Shown here: positions 59,162 to 64,000 of the stretch, one piece after another
Layout of the letters: each line of letters starts with the position of its first letter
How positions within the stretch are numbered: the first letter of the stretch is position 1
Source of the DNA: an uncultured Paludibacter sp.
Lineage (GTDB): Bacteria; Bacteroidota; Bacteroidia; Bacteroidales; Paludibacteraceae
Direction: 5' to 3'
DNA length: 64,000 nucleotides
NCBI GenBank assembly: GCA_964433885.1
Contig: CAYSTC010000009.1
Span: 55,294-119,293 of the forward strand
Position numbers and translations under genes: made by a program
The notes under the pieces: model-generated
Database searches by the model: none
The model's input: only the letters and a program-made list of their open reading frames with translations
What the model was told of the DNA's origin: nothing

Positions 59162-59731
59162 ATGATTAATGCTCAAGATATCAAAAACGGAACTTGTATC
59201 CGTATGGATGGAAAGCTGTATTTCGTTATTGAATTTCTCCATGTAAAGCCGGGTAAAGGCAATACTTTTATGCGTACAACTCTCAAAGATGTAGTGGATG
59301 GACGTGTAATTGAACGTCGTTTTAATATTGGCGAAAAACTGGAAGATGTACGTGTCGAACGTCGTCCATATCAGTTTGTATATAAAGAAAATGAAGATTT
59401 TATCTTCATGAATCAGGAAACCTATGATCAACATCCTATTAGTAAAGACCTTATTAATGGCGTTGATTTTCTGCTTGAAGGAATGAGCGTGGAGGTTGTT
59501 TCGGATGCCTCTACCGAAACTGTTTTATATGCCGACATGCCTGTTAAGGTTCAAATGAAAGTAACATATACTGAACCTGGTGTTAAAGGTGATACCGCTA
59601 CTAATACGCTGAAACCTGCAACTGTTGAATCGGGTGCTACAGTACGTGTGCCTTTATTTATCACTGAAGGTGAAACTATTGAAATTGACACCCGTGATGG
59701 TTCTTACCTTGGTAGGGTAAAGGTATCATAA
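59162..59731 (+). CDS. efp: Elongation factor P
   Basis: HVKPGKG loop, TEPGVKGDTA, KPATVESG, VPLFI, IDTRDG.Y. Confidence 0.97.
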   Translation: MINAQDIKNGTCIRMDGKLYFVIEFLHVKPGKGNTFMRTTLKDVVDGRVIERRFNIGEKLEDVRVERRPYQFVYKENEDFIFMNQETYDQHPISKDLINGVDFLLEGMSVEVVSDASTETVLYADMPVKVQMKVTYTEPGVKGDTATNTLKPATVESGATVRVPLFITEGETIEIDTRDGSYLGRVKVS

Positions 59732-59752
59732 AAAGAAGAATAGAAATTTTAT

Positions 59753-59789
59753 AAAAATCGTCAGACAATTGCGTCTGGCGATTTTTTTT
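59753..59789 (+). terminator. Intrinsic terminator after efp
   Basis: AAAAATCGTCAGAC..GTCTGGCGATTTTT. Confidence 0.8.
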
Positions 59790-59954
59790 GTTGATTTTTG
59801 TGACAATATGCAGATTTTTTACGTTATTTGCGTTCGGTTTGTATTAATATAAAGTGTTGTTTTGTATGATGAAGGCAGGAACAGGTTTGAATTGTAAAAT
59901 GGATAGAGTTATTTAAACTTGCCGGAATCATTGACTTGAATCAATTATTTACAT

Positions 59955-60323
59955 ATGAAAAAGAGAATTAGAAGTTTTGGTTATGCCGGACGTGGAATTC
60001 GTATTGTTTTTGGTACAGAAGCTAATATGAAGATTCACATTGCAATAGCCATTTTGGTGATAGTATGTGGCTTTGGTTTTTCAATCAGTATAACCGAGTG
60101 GATATTGTGTCTGCTTTGTGTTGGATTAGTTTTCTGTGCTGAAATGATGAATACAGCCATCGAAAGTGTAGTTGATTTAGCTTCACCCAATTTGCATCCT
60201 CTGGCTGGCAAAGCAAAGGATATTGCAGCGGGAGCAGTGCTGATTTGTGCCATTATCTCGGTTATTGTTGGGTTACTGATTTTTGTTCCAAAGGTGTGGA
60301 TTCTTGTGGAATCTTATATATGA
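59955..60323 (+). CDS. dgkA: Diacylglycerol/undecaprenol kinase
   Basis: SFGYA..GI, E.NMKIH, EMMNTAIE.VVD, AKDIAAGAV. Confidence 0.92.
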   Translation: MKKRIRSFGYAGRGIRIVFGTEANMKIHIAIAILVIVCGFGFSISITEWILCLLCVGLVFCAEMMNTAIESVVDLASPNLHPLAGKAKDIAAGAVLICAIISVIVGLLIFVPKVWILVESYI

Positions 60324-60536
60324 GTGTATTGCGATAAATAAATGATTAATCCGATATTTCTTCTGAGTTTTATGAGAATCCCTTAACTGAGGATAAAATT
60401 TTTTTTTCAATAATTTGATTGCCAGATGTATATGGTTGTAGTTGCCTTTTGAAACAAGATGAAACATGTTTGATAATCAATGATTCCCATTAGATAGTTT
60501 TCGCATTTCGTCTCCATTATAATTGATTATTGTAGT

Positions 60537-61226
60537 ATGAAGCACAATCCGATGGTTGATTTTTTTAATCTTTTGTTTCCGGACTTGTGTACGGTTTGTG
60601 GGGAAAACCTTAATAGAGGTGAACAACATATCTGTCTGACCTGCCTGTACAGCATTCCCAAAACCAATTATCATCTACTTCCCGAAAATCCAATCGAAAA
60701 GCGTTTTTGGGGTAAAGTTCCCATTTTCAGGGGCACTGCTTTTTTCTTTTTTCACAAAGGCTCGCCTTTTCAAAAATTACTGCATTCTCTCAAATATAAA
60801 GGGAATAAGGAAATCGGTGAAGTGCTGGGAAGGTATGCTGCAGCTGATTTGTCCGAATCGGTTGATTTTACTACCGTCGATGTGATTATTCCTGTCCCGT
60901 TACACCCCGGAAAGTTTAAAAAGCGGGGGTACAACCAGAGTGAATGGATTGCTAAAGGTTTATCTTCAGTTTTAGGTAAACCGTATGATACAACCACTCT
61001 ATGCAGACTTCGGGAAACAGAGACTCAAACCAAAAAATCTGTCTTTGAAAGGTACGAGAACACCGCAGACATTTTTGGATTACTGGATAAAAATGCATTG
61101 TCCGGTAAGCATGTTCTTTTGGTTGATGACGTATTAACGACAGGGTCAACACTTGAAGGTTGTGTCAAAATACTGTTAGCATGCGAGGGCATTAAAGTAA
61201 GTGTCTTTGCCCTAGCAGTAGCCTGA
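60537..61226 (+). CDS. ComF-family phosphoribosyltransferase with zinc ribbon
   Basis: LFPDLCTVC...ICLTC, KYKG, PVPLH, RGYNQS, LLVDDVLTTGST. Confidence 0.9.
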   Translation: MKHNPMVDFFNLLFPDLCTVCGENLNRGEQHICLTCLYSIPKTNYHLLPENPIEKRFWGKVPIFRGTAFFFFHKGSPFQKLLHSLKYKGNKEIGEVLGRYAAADLSESVDFTTVDVIIPVPLHPGKFKKRGYNQSEWIAKGLSSVLGKPYDTTTLCRLRETETQTKKSVFERYENTADIFGLLDKNALSGKHVLLVDDVLTTGSTLEGCVKILLACEGIKVSVFALAVA

Positions 61227-61410
61227 CAGGCCATTTTTACACTTATAGAAACAATAGCCGGATTCTAATTGTTATAATTCAAATATCCAGATAAGATTTA
61301 ACTTCAATTCCCTGAAAAGCCCAGATAGAGCCACTTTAAAAAAGAATATTAATTTGTAGTTTTGCATGTAGATACAATTCATTTCCGTATAAAAATAGGT
61401 GTGGTATTTT

Positions 61411-63000
61411 ATGTTCAAGAAAATTTGCGTGCTACTTTCTTTTTTTAGTTTAATTTTGGTAGGCTGCTCGCTTATGTCCAATGAGATGAAGCAGGCTGAG
61501 CAAATAATGGAAACCTCCCCCGATTCTGCCTTACACATCCTGCAACATATGCAACCGGTTCAAACTATGTCCGATGCCAATAGGGCATTATATGGCTTAT
61601 TGTATTTCGAAGCTTTGGATAAAAATAATAAGCCCCTTCAACCAGATTCTTTAATTTCCTTTTCGCTGAATTACTATCAAAATCATAATAAGAAAAATTA
61701 TCTGGCTAAATGTTATTATTACAAAGCAAGGATTACCAGATTTGCTCAGCGTTTCGATGAGGCAACGGTTCTTTACTTAAAAGCATTGGATTTAACTCAG
61801 GATAACAAAGAAAATTACATCCTGTTAGGAAAGATTTATTCCGACATGGGGGATATTTGTGCAATTCAAAAGGATTACAATGAATCGCTGAGAAAGTACC
61901 TCAGATCAATGAATTATTTTAGCAAGGCTGGTAATACAATTGAAAAAGGGTATAGAATAATATTGGTTGGAAAAATATATCATTTCAGAAAAAAATTCAA
62001 AATGGCGCATAGTTATTATAAGAAGGCACTTTCTTTAACGACTGATTCATTACTCCAGGGTTTTGCATTTCAGGAAATTGGAATTAATTTCTTTTGGGCA
62101 AAGCAATACGATTCAGCTCAATTTTATCTAAGTGAGAGTCTTCGATTTCCATACAAAGGAACGAACTATGCTATTAGGTGTTTTAATATATCTGATCTCT
62201 TTTATCAAAGGCAGCAATATGATTCGGCTCTTTTTTATGCGAGTTTGGCTCTAAAATACCCCTCTACTTTTTTTAACCAACGGGATTGTTATCGGATTTT
62301 AGCAAATACGGAATATCAACGCGGAGACTTTAATAAAATGGGGTTTTATATGTCCAAATATCAGGACTGTACTGATTCTGTCCGAAAAATAGAGATCCAA
62401 ACCAAAACAACCGTATTGGAAGACATGCATCAAACTACTCAGGAAGCTAGTATCACAAAGCAATTATTGCTTGTTTTAGCATGGGTTGTTCCTTTTATAG
62501 TATTAGTAAGTCTCCTGATTGTTTATCAATTGCGCACTCGAAATAAAGGAAAGGAAAAACAACTGGAAGAAGCAGAAGTGCAAATTAGTCAGAAACAATC
62601 GCTGTTAATTGACAGTTTGAAACAGAAGATTGAGGAAGCCCGTTCAATGCAATCAGCTAGTTATAAAAAAGCATCGCCTACACTGCGCGAGCAGATGGAT
62701 AAAGAGTTATATAATAAGTGTCTTTATTTAAATGACTGGGAATTATTCAGGCGACTGATGAACCGAACATTTAATAATGTAGAAGAATCGTTAGAGAAAA
62801 TATGTCCCGAAGTTACACGTAAAGAACTGATTTGGTCCTGTCTTTTTTTGTTGAATATCCCTACCTCTGATATTGCCGTTGTACTGGATAGCCAAACTGC
62901 CAGTCTTTATAAGTTAAAGCAGCGACTAACCCAAAAAATGAACCTAAAGAGTACAAGAGAACTTGAGCTGTTGTTGCATAATTTGTCAAAAGGAAAATAA
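61411..63000 (+). CDS. TPR-containing membrane-spanning regulator with C-terminal HTH-like region
   Basis: Signal/lipobox LVGC, AEQIME..PDSAL, TPR-like helices, one TM (LLLVLAWVVPFIVLVSLLIVY), then T.KE...CL......SDIA......SLYKLKQRL..KM. Confidence 0.75.
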   Translation: MFKKICVLLSFFSLILVGCSLMSNEMKQAEQIMETSPDSALHILQHMQPVQTMSDANRALYGLLYFEALDKNNKPLQPDSLISFSLNYYQNHNKKNYLAKCYYYKARITRFAQRFDEATVLYLKALDLTQDNKENYILLGKIYSDMGDICAIQKDYNESLRKYLRSMNYFSKAGNTIEKGYRIILVGKIYHFRKKFKMAHSYYKKALSLTTDSLLQGFAFQEIGINFFWAKQYDSAQFYLSESLRFPYKGTNYAIRCFNISDLFYQRQQYDSALFYASLALKYPSTFFNQRDCYRILANTEYQRGDFNKMGFYMSKYQDCTDSVRKIEIQTKTTVLEDMHQTTQEASITKQLLLVLAWVVPFIVLVSLLIVYQLRTRNKGKEKQLEEAEVQISQKQSLLIDSLKQKIEEARSMQSASYKKASPTLREQMDKELYNKCLYLNDWELFRRLMNRTFNNVEESLEKICPEVTRKELIWSCLFLLNIPTSDIAVVLDSQTASLYKLKQRLTQKMNLKSTRELELLLHNLSKGK

Positions 63001-63040
63001 ATCACTATTCTTCTGTTTTTGAATATTGAATTTGTTAATA

Positions 63041-63065
63041 ACCCTGTTTTTTAACAGGGTTTTTT
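63041..63065 (+). terminator. Intrinsic terminator
   Basis: AACCCTGTT..AACAGGGTT followed by Ts. Confidence 0.75.
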
Positions 63066-63264
63066 GTTGCCTTTTTTTTATGTCCTAATAATTTATCTTG
63101 TATCACATGTAGTTGCCTTAAAATCAGATGATTGTAAAGTTGCTTGTCCTAATTTATTTTGCCTCTAAATTTGTTGTGTTCGCCTCTTGTACCTAATTTA
63201 GCACCATAAGCAAATTGCTTGAGATATTCAATAATTCTATGTTCAACACTATAATTCAAATGTT

Positions 63265-63663
63265 ATGAGAAAAATTAATTTAAAATTTATTACTACCTCT
63301 TTTTTATTTGTCAGTACTTTCTCTTCTCAGGGTGGATTTGCGGGTACTCCACTTAGAACTGATGATCCATATCCAGGGGGTGGTGGCCTTAATACCCCAT
63401 CATTGTCAATGGCTCAAATTGAAACGGTATCTCCGGTTACTTATGATATTATAGGGAGTAACCAGGCAATATGCTTTAATTCAAACATTGGCACAGCAAC
63501 AGTTACTATTCAAGATCAATATGGAAGTACTATTTATCAATCTGTGGTTAATACGAATACTCAATCAGTATTGTATGTTCCGATTGAAAACTGGGAAACT
63601 GGAAGCTATACAATCACTGTTACTTCAGAAAGTACCAATTTTGTTAGCGGTTTTCAGTTGTAA
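63265..63663 (+). CDS. DUF3244-like small secreted protein (Ig/T9SS-CTD-like fold)
   Basis: Signal peptide; G.ATVTIQDQYG..IY...LYVPI.NWETGSYTITV.....G.F.L. Confidence 0.7.
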   Translation: MRKINLKFITTSFLFVSTFSSQGGFAGTPLRTDDPYPGGGGLNTPSLSMAQIETVSPVTYDIIGSNQAICFNSNIGTATVTIQDQYGSTIYQSVVNTNTQSVLYVPIENWETGSYTITVTSESTNFVSGFQL

Positions 63664-63753
63664 TTAAACATTGCATCGGGGCGGTAGATAGTTCCGTCCC
63701 GTTGCTACTTTGCAAGGGAAATATGATTTTTTGCATGTACATAGTTTTTATAT

Positions 63754-64000
63754 ATGAAGAACATCTTAAAAAGTAGATTGACAAGAAGTCATAATGGAAA
63801 TGATCTCAAATATAGCGAGGCACATGTTGTAGTAGCTGGTAATCTTCATACAAATGATATTATTGACGAGATTATTAGTGATGGTTTGGCTGTAGAGCGC
63901 GAAATGGTGCTTGAGGTTATAAAACAGTTCAATCTCAAAATAGCAGAAAAAGTGCTTTCCGGATATAATGTCAATACCGGATTAGTGTCAGTGCATTCAG
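63754..64000 (+). CDS. HU-like DNA-binding domain protein (DUF4469-associated), truncated by window end
   Basis: My translation MKNILKSRLTRSH...NDIIDEII....EREMVLEVIKQFN..IAEKVLSGYNVNTGL is open to the end and not in the ORF track. Confidence 0.65.
   Translation, partial: MKNILKSRLTRSHNGNDLKYSEAHVVVAGNLHTNDIIDEIISDGLAVEREMVLEVIKQFNLKIAEKVLSGYNVNTGLVSVHS

Noticed and set aside
1160..61538. Many antisense and alternate-frame ORFs in the track (e.g. 6552-7337, 7458-8177, 21367-22095, 48921-49604)
   Set aside because: They overlap well-supported genes, have no recognisable motifs and are best explained as shadow ORFs.

Overview
A mostly housekeeping chromosomal segment from an anaerobic Bacteroidota, probably Bacteroidales (Paludibacter-like). 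This is inferred from repeated TAnnTTTG -7 promoter boxes, A-rich starts without Shine-Dalgarno motifs, korAB, the argR-GNAT-argG layout and a GldJ-type lipoprotein. Core genes include sppA, recO, tRNA-Glu, rpsT, two class II aldolases, cdaA/folP, asnS, korAB, purB, psd, deoC, polA, mscL, uvrA, argR/argG and efp. Structure the gene list does not explain: (1) a four-helix-bundle (23S-IVP/Avd-like) gene wrapped in mutually complementary 8-nt tandem arrays that exactly fill the radC-ABC gap, with gene-less 7/8-nt arrays of the same style at other junctions; (2) a 4.6-kb accessory block (MutS-like, rifampin ADP-ribosyltransferase arr, acyltransferase, a nested-palindrome MITE) bounded by a duplicated radC promoter; (3) a 3-Cys Rrf2 regulator with four copies of a 23-bp palindrome ahead of itself and a YceI/beta-barrel/YceI cassette; (4) a preQ1-I riboswitch abutting the start of a queuosine-precursor transporter; (5) a membrane-anchored LytTR protein with a candidate direct-repeat site; (6) a TPR-membrane-HTH regulator beside a signal peptide + short peptide + T9SS-CTD-like protein. 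No CRISPR array, rRNA, integrase or transposase was seen. All calls come from motif recognition by eye, with no database searches.
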